A stretch of DNA of 54,997 nt from Phycisphaerales bacterium (GTDB lineage Bacteria; Planctomycetota; Phycisphaerae; Phycisphaerales; UBA1924). This document shows positions 1-10,368 of this stretch, piece after piece. The position numbers were made by a program, and so were the translations under genes. Each line of letters opens with the position of its first letter. Positions within the stretch are counted from its first letter, which is position 1. The notes under the pieces are model-generated. The model did no database searches, was not told the origin of the DNA, and worked only from the letters and a program-made list of their open reading frames with translations. Location: the NCBI GenBank assembly GCA_038240875.1, contig JBBRGG010000001.1, positions 1-54,997 on the forward strand, read 5' to 3'.

Positions 1-830
1 ACGCTGGTGCGCTCGGCGTTTCGCGCGATGCGAATCTCCGCTTGCGAAACCTCCGACCCAAACCCGCGCAGCAAGGGCTGATCAAATTGAACCGTGAACG
101 AAACCTGCTCCGCGGCGTTGGGCGTCGAGATAATGCCCGGCGAATAGACATCGGTCCATGAGGCTTCGTGCTGAACGGTCAATCGGCCGCCACTCATGAG
201 TGTGCGACGAACGCCAGCGGTGCCTGCGAATCGCTGGCTTTGGTCCGCGTTATTCGCGTTTGGGACTGAAAAGGTCGAGGCAGCGCGAGGCGAGTCTGTG
301 TTGTTGTACTGGAAGTTGCCAAACGCGGTCCAGTCAAAGGCGGCTTCGGCGGCGACGACCTGTGCCTCGGCGATTGCTGGACCAAGCCTTGCAAATTGAA
401 CCGCGAGGTTGTTGGCGGCCGCCGCACGAACGCACGTGCCTAGGTCGAGGGCGATCACGCGAGCAGGCTGACCCAAGAGGTCGGAGCCTGCGGGGAGCGT
501 GGTGTTTGCGTTGGCGGTGGGGCCCGCCATGCGATCAACTTCGGGCATGATGTCGGGCGCGATGCCCAAGCGATCAGAGCTGGGCAACTGTTCGGTGACG
601 ATGGGCCTTGGAAACTTGCGTGCCTCGGCGAGCTCGCGCTGGGCGGCTTCGATCACCGATCGGCGAAGTGCTTCTTCATGGTCACCTTGAGTCATGGGAG
701 AACGCGCGCATGATCCCAGCAAGCCACTTGCAATCAAGCAGCCACCGACAAAGCATGTTCCAGCAATATGAGGGAGCAACGCCCGCGCCGTAACGCTAGA
801 CGAGGCCCTTTGGTGTGTGGGCCGACTCAT
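1..830 (-). CDS. TolC/NodT-family outer-membrane efflux lipoprotein, N-terminal part (3' end lies beyond the window start)
   Basis: Absent from the ORF track because no stop falls inside the window. Manual reverse translation from ATG at 830..828 stays open to position 1: MSRPTHQRASSSVTARALLPHIAGTCFVGGCLIASGLLGSCARSPMTQGDHEEALRRSVIEAAQRELAEARKF...LDLGTCVRAAAANNLAVQFARLGPAIAEAQVVAAEAAFDW. It has a signal peptide with lipobox-like VGGC/LGSC, then the helical opening typical of outer membrane factor proteins. An in-frame stop lies upstream at 854..852. Confidence 0.55.
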   Translation of the reverse strand, partial: MSRPTHQRASSSVTARALLPHIAGTCFVGGCLIASGLLGSCARSPMTQGDHEEALRRSVIEAAQRELAEARKFPRPIVTEQLPSSDRLGIAPDIMPEVDRMAGPTANANTTLPAGSDLLGQPARVIALDLGTCVRAAAANNLAVQFARLGPAIAEAQVVAAEAAFDWTAFGNFQYNNTDSPRAASTFSVPNANNADQSQRFAGTAGVRRTLMSGGRLTVQHEASWTDVYSPGIISTPNAAEQVSFTVQFDQPLLRGFGSEVSQAEIRIARNAERTS

Positions 831-1318
831 GTGGAAGGAACGTAGCGATGCTCAGCTACCGCGTCAAAGGCTACTTGCACGATCATTACGCGAAAACTGC
901 GCGGCGAGCAAGGTTTCGGATCAGTCACTTCTACCTTGCCCATACCTTGGGACGACTCTGGAAGGGGATTGGACGGTGGTGGAGGCCAAAGCGTGCGACA
1001 AACCGCTGTGACTGCACCAAAGTTAAGGAAATCGCCGATTACTAAAGAACACTACAGATAAGCTAGACAAATACTTCAGGTTAATTCGTCGTATGCGTGA
1101 TAAGCCGTTTCTCTAGCGTCTAGGGCTCCACGTGTGCACACTTGAGCTCGCTGGCATACGGAGCGCGAGCCTTGGTCGGAGTATAATTTAGCTTGCTAGT
1201 CACGTCGGCACGAGCATTTCGACAAGACAGTGTTTTACAGAACCAAACTGTTTTGAGAACGACGGCTGGGAAGATCTCGAGACGATATTGATTCTTTATC
1301 GCCAACACGTCCGTTTAT

Positions 1319-3226
1319 GTGTCGAGTAACGCTTCTCAGTTTGCAATCGACGCCCGTATGCCAGGACCAACACCTATGAAGAACACCACCATCCAGAATT
1401 CTAACTCTTGTGCCACCCGTAACGCCCTCCCAACCGCCAAACAATCAAGTTGCGGCGTGTCCTTCATGCACGTCTGCTTCGCTGCGACGATTGCGATTGT
1501 TGCCGCTGCTGGCTCGGCACACGCTATGGCCCTGATCGGCACACCATCGACTGTCACGGTTACTCACGCGCTAGGCGCAACTTTGAGTTCAGCCAAGCTA
1601 GCGCAAGCGTCGCCAACCATGCCAACCGCGACCGAGCCTGGGTTCGCCATCGTTCAACAAGGCGGCGCGAACATGCGCTGCGCTGATAGCGACCGTTTTT
1701 ATGTAGTCGCCAAACTCAACACAGGCACAGTCGTCCGCGTCGAAGGCGCCAGCGGCAACTGGTCCATGGTTCGCTACCCCGCCAACACGCCTGCTTTCGT
1801 CCGCGTCGAACACGTTCGACTCGAAGGCGACATCGCCACCACGATCCAGGAAACCCAGCTAAAGGCCTTCAATGCGGCCTCTGGATACGCGGGCTCTTTC
1901 AAGTCGCTTCTCGCAAAGCCACTTGCGGTAGGTAGCACACTGAAAGTCATTGAAGCCGTTCGCGAAGGCGATGGCCCAATTGTTGCATACAAAGTTGTCG
2001 CGCCAGCCGAGGCACGTGGCTATATCGATGCTGCTTCTCTTCGTCCTGCTTCCGCCGACGAAGCCAAGGCCGCCGCGGCTGCGTTTGGAATTGTCTCCAA
2101 TCCCGCCCCGGTTGCCCTCGTGGTCGCGCCTCTGGTAACGCCTGGTACGACTCCTGGCACTACCCCCAGCGGCACCACTCCAAGCGGCACACTCCTCGAC
2201 CTGACCAAGCCTCAGCCCACAAATCAGCCCACAAATCAGCCCGCGACTCAGCCCGCAACTGCCCCTCTCACAATCGAGCAAGGCGGGGCAAATCCGGGTC
2301 TAGTCACCTCTACCCCAGCAGGATCTAGCCCCGCTGGTACTTTCACCTCAGGTTCTAGCCCAGCGGAAGGCACACCCGCCGTACCTGCAAATTCAACACC
2401 AGTTGTTACCGATACCAACATTGCCCCTGCTGATCCACTTCGGCGCCGCACCGGTACGGTTGAACAACTTGAGCAAACCTTCCAGAGGCTGTGGCGCGAG
2501 CCGATCTTGAACGCCGAGGTAGACGAACTCGTCGTTGAATACACTCGCGCGATCGCTTCCGAAACATCAGAAGGCCGCAGTCGCGCGCTAAACCAGCGTC
2601 TTGATGCCCTCAGGCTACGTCAGGATTTTCGTGATCGCCTCCGCCGCCAGGAAGAAGACAAGGCTAGAAGCGAATCCAGACGATCCGTGCTCACCGAGCA
2701 ACTGTTGATCGTTGAGCGTGGCCGCGTCTACACCATCATCGGCGAGCTCCAACCTTCGACCGTGTACGACGGGGACCGCCTGCCACTCATGTTCCGCGTG
2801 CTCTCTGTCGGTGGCGTAGCTCCGCGAACCTTGGGCTACCTCCGCCCCACCGAAGAATTTACTCTGAAGCAAATGGTTGGCCAAGTCGTAGGCGTCATCG
2901 GCAACGCAACCCTCGACCCTTCGCTCAAGCTCAACGTCATCACGCCTGTACGTGTCGATGTCATGCGTGCGGGCGAGCTTGGCCGAGTTGAAACGCGTGT
3001 GATTCCTGAAGCAGGCAAGCCGATCCAGACGCCGATGGCTCCAGTAAATCCTGGTCAAGTAAACCCTTCACGAGTTAACCCTGTACCAAATCCCGCGTCT
3101 GTTCCTTCGAGCCAAAACCCAGACTCGACGACTTCGCCAGATTCGGGCGTAAGCGAGCAACCCGCACAAGCTCCGTTACAGCAACCTTCGACAGATTTGA
3201 TCCCAGTTCCGCCACGAGGGTTCTAA
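1319..3226 (+). CDS. Secreted hypothetical protein with an SH3b-like module, P/T-rich linkers and a coiled-coil segment
   Basis: 635-aa ORF. Hydrophobic signal-like segment MHVCFAATIAIVAAAGSAHA. The stretch MRCADSDRFYVVAKLNTGTVVRVEGASGNWSMVRYP resembles a bacterial SH3 domain. Repeats TTPGTTPSGTTPSGT and PTNQPTNQPATQPAT are present, plus a charged helical block RLDALRLRQDFRDRLRRQEEDKARSE. The start is uncertain (GTG 1319, or ATG about 1376). Confidence 0.55.
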   Translation: MSSNASQFAIDARMPGPTPMKNTTIQNSNSCATRNALPTAKQSSCGVSFMHVCFAATIAIVAAAGSAHAMALIGTPSTVTVTHALGATLSSAKLAQASPTMPTATEPGFAIVQQGGANMRCADSDRFYVVAKLNTGTVVRVEGASGNWSMVRYPANTPAFVRVEHVRLEGDIATTIQETQLKAFNAASGYAGSFKSLLAKPLAVGSTLKVIEAVREGDGPIVAYKVVAPAEARGYIDAASLRPASADEAKAAAAAFGIVSNPAPVALVVAPLVTPGTTPGTTPSGTTPSGTLLDLTKPQPTNQPTNQPATQPATAPLTIEQGGANPGLVTSTPAGSSPAGTFTSGSSPAEGTPAVPANSTPVVTDTNIAPADPLRRRTGTVEQLEQTFQRLWREPILNAEVDELVVEYTRAIASETSEGRSRALNQRLDALRLRQDFRDRLRRQEEDKARSESRRSVLTEQLLIVERGRVYTIIGELQPSTVYDGDRLPLMFRVLSVGGVAPRTLGYLRPTEEFTLKQMVGQVVGVIGNATLDPSLKLNVITPVRVDVMRAGELGRVETRVIPEAGKPIQTPMAPVNPGQVNPSRVNPVPNPASVPSSQNPDSTTSPDSGVSEQPAQAPLQQPSTDLIPVPPRGF

Positions 3227-3496
3227 GCCAAACGCAGGCGTTTGCCCAGTGCCGATCTGTTTGAGTGCGGGAGCCCATGCGCTCTGCGGTATCTCCATAC
3301 GCTTCATGCAATGCACGAGCCTGATCAGCCAACCAACAAGGACAGTTCAGAAGGCCAGGTTTACCCCGACGGGCCAGTGAACCCGCAGGGTCACAAACCT
3401 TCTGGCTCGTCACCTGATCCAGAAAATGCACACGCGCCTCAACCCGCAAACACTTTCAAGCCTTTGAGCCGAGCAGGATTAACCTTCGCCTCAGGC

Positions 3497-4723
3497 ATGT
3501 CTAACAACGAAGATTCTCTCGCCGCCGGCAGGTCCGCCGCCGAACGCGCCTTCGCCAAACTCTCCGAATCAGGCGGGGAATCCTGCGATCTTGCCCTCTG
3601 TTTTTTCTCCAAGCATCACATCGATCAATCCATCGAGATGGCCCGCACCATCCGCGAGGTGCTCCGCCCGCGCATGCTCATCGGCGTTTCATCTCATGGC
3701 GTAATCGCTGGCGCGACCGAAGTTGAACGCACGCCCGGCATCGCCATCCTCGCCGGTTCCATGCCCCAGGTTTCTCTTCGTGGCTTTACTACCGACGACC
3801 TCATGTCCACCTATGACGCACCCGACGGGCTCGACCGCCTCGAAGGCGCGATCGGGTCGGGCGATTCGCTTCGAGGCTTGCTCCTTTTTTCTGATCCCAC
3901 GACCGTACCCATGATCCGCCTGATCCCGACCCTGGGCGACGCCGCAGGCGACAACGTGCCCATCATCGGTGGCATGGCGTCCGCAGGCAAAGAGCCTGGC
4001 GCCAACGCCCTTATCCTCGATGATCGTGTCGTACGCGCAGGCCTCGTCGGCGTGTCCATCTCTGGCCCCGTACGCATCGATTCGATTGTCTCGCAAGGCT
4101 GCCGCCCCTTTGGCCCCATGATGATCGTCACCAAAGCCAAAGGCAACCTCATCCTCGAACTCTCAGGCAGGCCCGCGATCGACGCTGTTCGCGAAGCCGT
4201 CGCCGAGTTTGGCGAACGAGCCGAACGCGTCTTAAAAGGTGGCCTTTTCATCGGTCGCGTTATCAACGAATACAAAGAACGCTTCGGCCGCGACGACTTT
4301 CTCATCCGACCCATCGTCGGTGTTCAGCCTGACCTCGGCGGCATCGGCGTCGGCGACATCATCCGCGTGGGCACCACCGTTCGCATGCACGTCCGCGACG
4401 CCACCACCGCACGCGAAGACCTCGCCATGCTCCTGGATGGTCAAGCCGTGCACGAACCACCCGCTGGCGCGCTCCTCATCACCTGCAACTCCCGGGGCAA
4501 GAAACTCTTCGGCGAACCACACCACGATGCCAAAGCTGTCGCGCGACTCTTCGCCTCTCCTCGCGCTGGTGAAGCTCGCGCGCGTGGCGGCAAAGATGTC
4601 GGCCCCATCGACCCGCCACCACCCGTCGCCGGGTTCTTCGCCGCAGGTGAAATCGGCCCTGTGGGCAAGCGCTCCTACCTCCATGGGCACACAACCTGCT
4701 TGGCTATGTTTAGGAACAGATAG
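3497..4723 (+). CDS. FIST-domain signal-transduction protein (FIST_N + FIST_C)
   Basis: ORF 3242..4723. The FIST-like layout begins near M86 (ATG 3497): SLAAGRSAAERAFAKL...CDLALCFFSKHH, then IIGGMASAG, then the C-terminal GFFAAGEIGPVG...YLHGHTTCLAMF. An upstream alternative start at 3311 is possible. Confidence 0.72.
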   Translation: MSNNEDSLAAGRSAAERAFAKLSESGGESCDLALCFFSKHHIDQSIEMARTIREVLRPRMLIGVSSHGVIAGATEVERTPGIAILAGSMPQVSLRGFTTDDLMSTYDAPDGLDRLEGAIGSGDSLRGLLLFSDPTTVPMIRLIPTLGDAAGDNVPIIGGMASAGKEPGANALILDDRVVRAGLVGVSISGPVRIDSIVSQGCRPFGPMMIVTKAKGNLILELSGRPAIDAVREAVAEFGERAERVLKGGLFIGRVINEYKERFGRDDFLIRPIVGVQPDLGGIGVGDIIRVGTTVRMHVRDATTAREDLAMLLDGQAVHEPPAGALLITCNSRGKKLFGEPHHDAKAVARLFASPRAGEARARGGKDVGPIDPPPPVAGFFAAGEIGPVGKRSYLHGHTTCLAMFRNR

Positions 4724-5012
4724 TTTAGGAATAATTAGTTTCGGAACAGCTCGTGTCGAAATGGCCCGTTGCAAAATAGCATGCCGCATCGCTGCCAACC
4801 CGCAGGCCAAACTTGCTCCTATGCAGCCAAAGCCCCACCATCACGACGAAACCCGCCCATCAAGGCTGGTTTAGTTTCCACATTGCACAATTGGCACCTA
4901 ACCAATCGCCGATGTACTCTCTGCTCGTGCGTGCTATCCGTGTTTCGTGCGGCTCGTGCGTGCTGCTGTTCAAACTTGCCATCGCTTCTCTTCACGAAAA
5001 AGGTTCACCACG

Positions 5013-5915
5013 ATGTGCCGCCTCCTTCTCTACCTTGGCAAACCCATCGTCCTCTACAAGCTCTTGGTCGAGCCCGAAAACTCTCTCATCAACCAGAGCA
5101 TCCACGCTCGCTCTATCGACACGCCTGTCAATGGCGACGGCTTTGGAGTAGCCTGGTACGTTCCCGAAATCACCTCCAAGCCCGGCCTCTTTCGCTCGCT
5201 CCTCCCCGCATGGAGCAACAACAATCTCGAACGCTTGTCTCGCGTTACCCGCTCGGGCACCGTTCTCGCGCACGTACGCGCCGCATCCAGTGGCATCGAG
5301 TCCGCCGAGTCCAACTGCCACCCATTTACCTACATGCAATTCGCCTTCGCACACAACGGCGACGTTGGCTGCTTCAAGCACATCCGCCGTCATATCGAAG
5401 CCGAACTCTCTCAACAGGCCTACGACCTCATCAACGGCAACACCGATTCCGAACACGTATTTGCCCTCTTCATCGATGAAATTAGAGCCTTGCAAGCTGC
5501 CGATACGTCAACCAATGCCGGCGTAGATTCCGCCCTCTTCGCCAAGGCTTTGGAACAAACCGTCGCCAAAGTGCTCGCGTTGGCTCGCATCGCATGCGAT
5601 CAAGGACACGAAGACGTTAATACGTATCTCAACATCACCATCACCGATGGCGTGCGTGGCGTTGCCTGCCGATGCAGCACCGATACCGATGAAAACACGC
5701 CTACGCTCTATGTCTTCCGTCGAGGCGAATATAGCTGCGAAGATGGCGTCTGTCGTCTCGATGTCATGCGTCCGGGGGATGGAGCAGTGGTGGTTTCGTC
5801 CGAAGCCCTCACCCAAGACTCTGCGTGGGAAATCGTGCCCCATAACCACATGGTGATCATCGCTCAGGACCGCACCGTCACGATCCGTCCGATGAACCTC
5901 GAACAGCCCGCTTAA
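5013..5915 (+). CDS. Class II (Ntn-type) glutamine amidotransferase, YafJ/EgtC-like
   Basis: Start re-picked at the MC dipeptide (ATG 5013), giving the N-terminal nucleophile Cys2: MCRLLLYLGKPIVL...NGDGFGVAWY...LAHVRAASSG...NCHPFTY..FAFAHNGDV. Confidence 0.8.
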   Translation: MCRLLLYLGKPIVLYKLLVEPENSLINQSIHARSIDTPVNGDGFGVAWYVPEITSKPGLFRSLLPAWSNNNLERLSRVTRSGTVLAHVRAASSGIESAESNCHPFTYMQFAFAHNGDVGCFKHIRRHIEAELSQQAYDLINGNTDSEHVFALFIDEIRALQAADTSTNAGVDSALFAKALEQTVAKVLALARIACDQGHEDVNTYLNITITDGVRGVACRCSTDTDENTPTLYVFRRGEYSCEDGVCRLDVMRPGDGAVVVSSEALTQDSAWEIVPHNHMVIIAQDRTVTIRPMNLEQPA

Positions 5916-6069
5916 TCCTATTCGCGTGTTACAGCCAGCCAATTTCACGAACACGCCTTCGTCCGATTGCCAACTCCTAGCATCCACCAGCGCTTCCTAG
6001 GCGATGCACATATTTGCACATATGATTTAATGAAGCGTATTCGCCTCTTTGCAGCAGGAGACCCTCATC

Positions 6070-7848
6070 ATGGCAATTTCAACCACTTCTTCCACGGGTT
6101 CCCAATCGAGTTCTTCTGCTAGCCCAATCTCTGGCCCAATCACTTCGGCTTTGTCGTTCGCCAGCACAATCGAAATGCAAAACCGCCTTTTCGCCGAGCT
6201 TTCAAGCATGTTCGGCCGCGAGGTGCCTCTCTACGACAAGTCTCTTCTCGTCAATAAAGAGTGCAACAAAGCCGTCTGCGAACTGCTTGGCCAGTTGCAC
6301 ATCGGGTTCGCCGTCTCAGATCCGCAGCTCGACAAAACCAGTAGCGAACGCCACGGCGCAATCCGCATCGGTAAGCCCGACGAATACCGCTGGATCGCGC
6401 GGCTATTTTCCTGCTTCGCCATGCAGCCGCACAACTTCTACGACATGACCAACGTGGGCAACAAAAGCCAGCCGATCATCGCTACCGCCTTTCGCTCGGC
6501 GCTTCACCCTGAGCATCGCGTCTTTACGTCGCTGCTCATGACCAACTACTTCGACCCAACTATCAAGGCTCGCATCGAAGCGATTTTGGCCTCGCGCGAA
6601 GTTTTTTCTCCTCGCGCCAAAGAACTCATAGAGCGCTCCGAACGCCAAGGCGGCCTCGATTGGAACGATGCCAACGAACTCATCAAAGAAGGCACCGAAC
6701 GCATCTTCAAATGGACCGGCAAAGCCCGCGATCACCAGCTCTACAAAGACCTCTGCGACGCCGGTTTCAAGATCGCCGCCGACATCGCCTGCTTCGAGCG
6801 GCATCACCTCAATCACTTGACGCCCAACACCTTCTCCATGGACCTCTACACCTCCGCCATGAAACTGTGCATGAGTGAGTTGGACGCCGCCACGTTCACC
6901 AATCGTGCAACCACCGCCCTCGAACGCCTCGCGGCGGCTGGCGATCACGATTTCCTGCATCTGTGCTTCAAGCATTTCACGCGCGAACAAATCGCCGCCT
7001 TCAAGCCGGGCACGCTCGCGCCAAACTCGATCGCTTCAATCGTCACGGCTCTTGTCTCGCGCCTCGAACACCCAGAACTCCAGCTTTCCACGCTCAAGCA
7101 CGCTGGCTTCAAGGACTTTACCGAAGGCCCAAGCTACGACACGCCGGTCTTGCTCCGCCAAGACGCGTACAAAGCGTTGACCGAGCCCGTAGCCTTCACC
7201 AACCTCGACGGCTCGACCATCAACAGCACCCACACCGCACGCTTCGGCGAGATCGAGCAGCGTTTCTATGCCTGCACTATCCCAGGCCGCGCCATGTACG
7301 ACGATTGCCTCACCAAAGCCGACGCGATCAAAGACAAAGACCCGGGGCTAGCCAAGCGCGATTTTGCCGCGTACGAAGCGGTCTACGCCAGCCCCTTTAG
7401 CCTCTTCCCCAAAGCCCTCCCCGCGCTTCTTTCCCAGGGTTTGGTCTATGGAATCTACGCCGTAACTGCTAAGGGCCTCGCCGCCAAAGGCACGATCAAG
7501 ACCTCCAACCACGTCGACCTGCTCACCGATCTTCTCGCGCATGGCTACGCCAGCTATGACGGCTTGCGCTACGAAGACTTTCTCCCCGTTAGTGCCGCAG
7601 GTATCTTCGCCTCCAACCTCAACCAATATGGCACGCAATCAACCGCCGCCACCAAGCCCACCTACACCCAAGACATGCTCGAAACCATCATGGGCATGAA
7701 AATCGTCGACTCCGACAAGGCCTACCACGGCTTGCAATCGCAATCGCTTCTCAATCTCTACGCACAGCTTGACGTGCTCGACCAGCTCCCCGGAAGCCAC
7801 CGCGCCCAACTCATCGCTTCAGCGGCGTACGCCCCAGCCAAGCCGTAA
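6070..7848 (+). CDS. DUF1338 / YdcJ-like metalloenzyme (2-oxoadipate dioxygenase/decarboxylase HglS family)
   Basis: FGREVPLYDKSL...ERHGAIRIGKPDEYRWIARLF..MQPHNFYDM...ATAFRS closely parallels the E. coli YdcJ N-terminal motifs (ERHGAIRVG, STAFRP). AGGAG lies 9 nt upstream of ATG 6070. Confidence 0.8.
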   Translation: MAISTTSSTGSQSSSSASPISGPITSALSFASTIEMQNRLFAELSSMFGREVPLYDKSLLVNKECNKAVCELLGQLHIGFAVSDPQLDKTSSERHGAIRIGKPDEYRWIARLFSCFAMQPHNFYDMTNVGNKSQPIIATAFRSALHPEHRVFTSLLMTNYFDPTIKARIEAILASREVFSPRAKELIERSERQGGLDWNDANELIKEGTERIFKWTGKARDHQLYKDLCDAGFKIAADIACFERHHLNHLTPNTFSMDLYTSAMKLCMSELDAATFTNRATTALERLAAAGDHDFLHLCFKHFTREQIAAFKPGTLAPNSIASIVTALVSRLEHPELQLSTLKHAGFKDFTEGPSYDTPVLLRQDAYKALTEPVAFTNLDGSTINSTHTARFGEIEQRFYACTIPGRAMYDDCLTKADAIKDKDPGLAKRDFAAYEAVYASPFSLFPKALPALLSQGLVYGIYAVTAKGLAAKGTIKTSNHVDLLTDLLAHGYASYDGLRYEDFLPVSAAGIFASNLNQYGTQSTAATKPTYTQDMLETIMGMKIVDSDKAYHGLQSQSLLNLYAQLDVLDQLPGSHRAQLIASAAYAPAKP

Positions 7849-7914
7849 GGACTCCTCGCTGAATTCCTGGCTGACTCGAATTCCAGGCCAAGTTGAGAAC
7901 TCGCTCTCCCGCCA

Positions 7915-9408
7915 TTATCCACCAAACGGGCCGCGCACCGCCAGCGTCAAATGATCTGTCTGAATGTTCACAAAAAGTGTCGTTCCATCTGGTGAGAAGC
8001 AAGCCCCGGCAAGTTCAGACGCCGACAGCGCGTTTCGCGCAAACGTAGTGACATCGCCATTTGGCTCAACGCGCAGCAATCGGTTCGGCCCTTCGCCATC
8101 TTCGCACACAAAGAGCTCACCCGAAGGCGACACCGTCACATTGTCGGCGTTCTGAACCACCTTCGAGTCATTGGGCTCAACAAACAATTCCAGCGTCCCA
8201 CCCTTGGTGTTCATGGCTTTCACGCCTTCTCCAGCTAACGTCGCCGGCGCACTTTCATCCGTGCTAGGCGTATACCGCCATAACTGGCCCATCAACGCAG
8301 TCCCACCAGACGTGCACGCGAAGTACGCCGAATCATGCCCCCACCACATTCCTTCGCCTCGCGCGAATCGCGCCGCCCCAGATTGATACCCGCGGTGCCG
8401 AAGATCATCCTTGGGCGATTCGACATCATCCATCGCCATCCATTCGCACTTATACTTGGTTCCAATTGCAATTGCCTTCGTATCTCCGAGCACCGGAAAT
8501 TCGTTGCTTGGCTTGCCTAGGTTTCCGGTATCGCGTGAAGGCGAACCCGTGATAACAAGCGCCTCCAAGCTGCCACCCATTAGCAACTTCCCGCGTTCTT
8601 TAGGCACAAATCGATATATCAACCCATCCACGCGATCTTCGGTCAGGTACACGATCCCCGTCCTCGGATCGATGCACACCGCTTCGTGATTGAATCGCCC
8701 CATCGCCTTGATCGGCACCGCGTCCACAAGCTCAACCTTCGTCGTCGCGGGCACCTCAAACACATACCCATGGCTTTGCTCGCGATTCCCACCTCGCACC
8801 GCAACATCTTCCTCACACGACAACCACGATCCCCAAGGCGTCGGCCCGCCCGCACAATTTCGGTTCGTCCCCGCAAGGCTCAACCACTGCTTTTGTAACT
8901 TTCCCGTCTTGGTGTCATAAACCAGCGTGGTTGTGCCGCCGAGCGAAGGCGCGATCCCACGCCCACGATCAAACAACTTGGCCGCGTCGATCTTGGCAAG
9001 ACCCTCGTTGCCCTTGCCAAACGAACTGAACTGCACCATCTCAGGCCCGAGTTCATAGTTGCAAACGATGATCGTCAGCCCATCAGGCCCCGCAAACGCC
9101 GCCATCCCGTCCGCACGCCCAGGCACAACTAGCCCATCATCCATCTTCTGCCCAGCTCGACTGATGATCTCGTACGTAAACCCCTTCGGCAAATCAAAGA
9201 TCCCTCGTGGATCCTTCACCAAAGGCCCAAACCCGCCTTTGCCCAAGCCACCCGCCGCACCGTTCACTTCCGCCGCAAACAGCCGCGACCCGCCAGAGCC
9301 CATCGCCATGTGCAACCCCGCAAACCCAAGCGAAAAAGCAGCCGATCGACGCAGAAACGCTCGCCGAGAAACGTCCAAATCCTGCTGCTGCGTCTGATTC
9401 GCGTTCAT
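7915..9408 (-). CDS. PhoX-like (DUF839) secreted phosphatase with a Tat signal
   Basis: Twin-arginine leader SRRAFLRRSAAFSLGFAG. DUF839-style blocks include LPKGFTYEIISRAG..DDGLVVPGRADGMAAF, FNHEAVCIDPRTGIVYLTEDR.DGLIYRF and CFSPDGTTLFVNIQ. Confidence 0.75.
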   Translation of the reverse strand: MNANQTQQQDLDVSRRAFLRRSAAFSLGFAGLHMAMGSGGSRLFAAEVNGAAGGLGKGGFGPLVKDPRGIFDLPKGFTYEIISRAGQKMDDGLVVPGRADGMAAFAGPDGLTIIVCNYELGPEMVQFSSFGKGNEGLAKIDAAKLFDRGRGIAPSLGGTTTLVYDTKTGKLQKQWLSLAGTNRNCAGGPTPWGSWLSCEEDVAVRGGNREQSHGYVFEVPATTKVELVDAVPIKAMGRFNHEAVCIDPRTGIVYLTEDRVDGLIYRFVPKERGKLLMGGSLEALVITGSPSRDTGNLGKPSNEFPVLGDTKAIAIGTKYKCEWMAMDDVESPKDDLRHRGYQSGAARFARGEGMWWGHDSAYFACTSGGTALMGQLWRYTPSTDESAPATLAGEGVKAMNTKGGTLELFVEPNDSKVVQNADNVTVSPSGELFVCEDGEGPNRLLRVEPNGDVTTFARNALSASELAGACFSPDGTTLFVNIQTDHLTLAVRGPFGG

Positions 9409-9577
9409 GAATCTGCTCCTTCATCAACCATTACAAAGGCTCAATGGCTCTGGCAAGCTATACGTTAAACACATCGTAGTTGTGCTTCGCCCCTCAACCT
9501 TTGCGAGCTTTACCTTCTGTGCGCTTCTTCACGGAGATTTCGTAAATCTCGCCCTCGCCCGCACTACCATTGGCACC

Positions 9578-10042
9578 ATGATCACCCCCTCGCCGACGAC
9601 GAGCATCGATCCGGTTTTGGCCCGTGGCACCCTCCTGGAAATCGTTCCAGAGTCGGGCCAGCGTCCTGCCCACCTGACCTTCGCCGTCCCCAACACGAGC
9701 TATCAAATCGCTCTTCTACCCATTGGTGCAATGCCTACGCCCGATCGCATCGGTAAGCGGCTCATCGGCACCATTCGCGCTAAAGCCCGCCGAATCGACG
9801 TTGTCGACACCGGTGGCAGATATCTTGAACCCGTCTATGGCCGCCCTCGCCGAATCCAAGGCACCATAATCAAAACCGTCGGCGACGCTCTAGTCATCGA
9901 CGCTGGCGTCCCCATCCACTGCACGCCCACCGACCCACGCCAAAGCGCCAGCCAATTTCAGCCCGGCCAGCTTGTCAGCTTCGACGCCCTCGATGGCGCG
10001 ACCTTCGAGCCTTCTGCACACAGCTCCCACAGCCTTCGCTAG
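9578..10042 (+). CDS. Hypothetical protein whose last ~8 codons read into the duplicated peroxiredoxin fragment
   Basis: ORF 9407..10042. ATG 9578 (MITPSPTTS...) avoids overlap with the divergent PhoX start. No recognisable motifs. The 3' end (AHSSHSLR*) lies inside the segment homologous to 11737-11760, in a different frame. Confidence 0.4.
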   Translation: MITPSPTTSIDPVLARGTLLEIVPESGQRPAHLTFAVPNTSYQIALLPIGAMPTPDRIGKRLIGTIRAKARRIDVVDTGGRYLEPVYGRPRRIQGTIIKTVGDALVIDAGVPIHCTPTDPRQSASQFQPGQLVSFDALDGATFEPSAHSSHSLR

Positions 10043-10368
10043 CAACCAAGAAGACCGACGTTCTCACCTTCCTCGTCCACTCCGACGTGAACAACAAGGT
10101 CGCCACTTCCTTTGGCATCGCCTGCGAAATACCCAAGGTCGTAACCGAAAAAATCCAGCTTGACTTCGCCGACTAAAACGGCAAAAAAAATAGCGCCAAG
10201 CTCCCTCTCGCTGCAGCCTACATCATCAACACCGATGGCAAAATCGCCTGGTAATACGTCAAGTCTGACTACCGCGAACGAGCCGAGCCCGATGACATCC
10301 TCGCCGCACTGCGTGCCATGAAGACAGCGACTCCAGCCGCAACACCTGCCGCTCCTGCAAAGCCCTGA
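10019..10368 (+). pseudogene. Decayed duplicate of the 3' end of the YHS/peroxiredoxin gene (paralog of 11737..12084)
   Basis: Collinear nucleotide alignment by eye with 11737..12084, with mostly matching bases and no obvious indels. Translation in the parental frame gives ATKKTDVLTFLVHSDVNNKVATSFGIACEIPKVVTEKIQLDFAD*NGKKNSAKLPLAAAYIINTDGKIAW*YVKSDYRERAEPDDILAALRAMK, with two internal TAA stops. There is no 5' part and no start codon. Confidence 0.8.
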
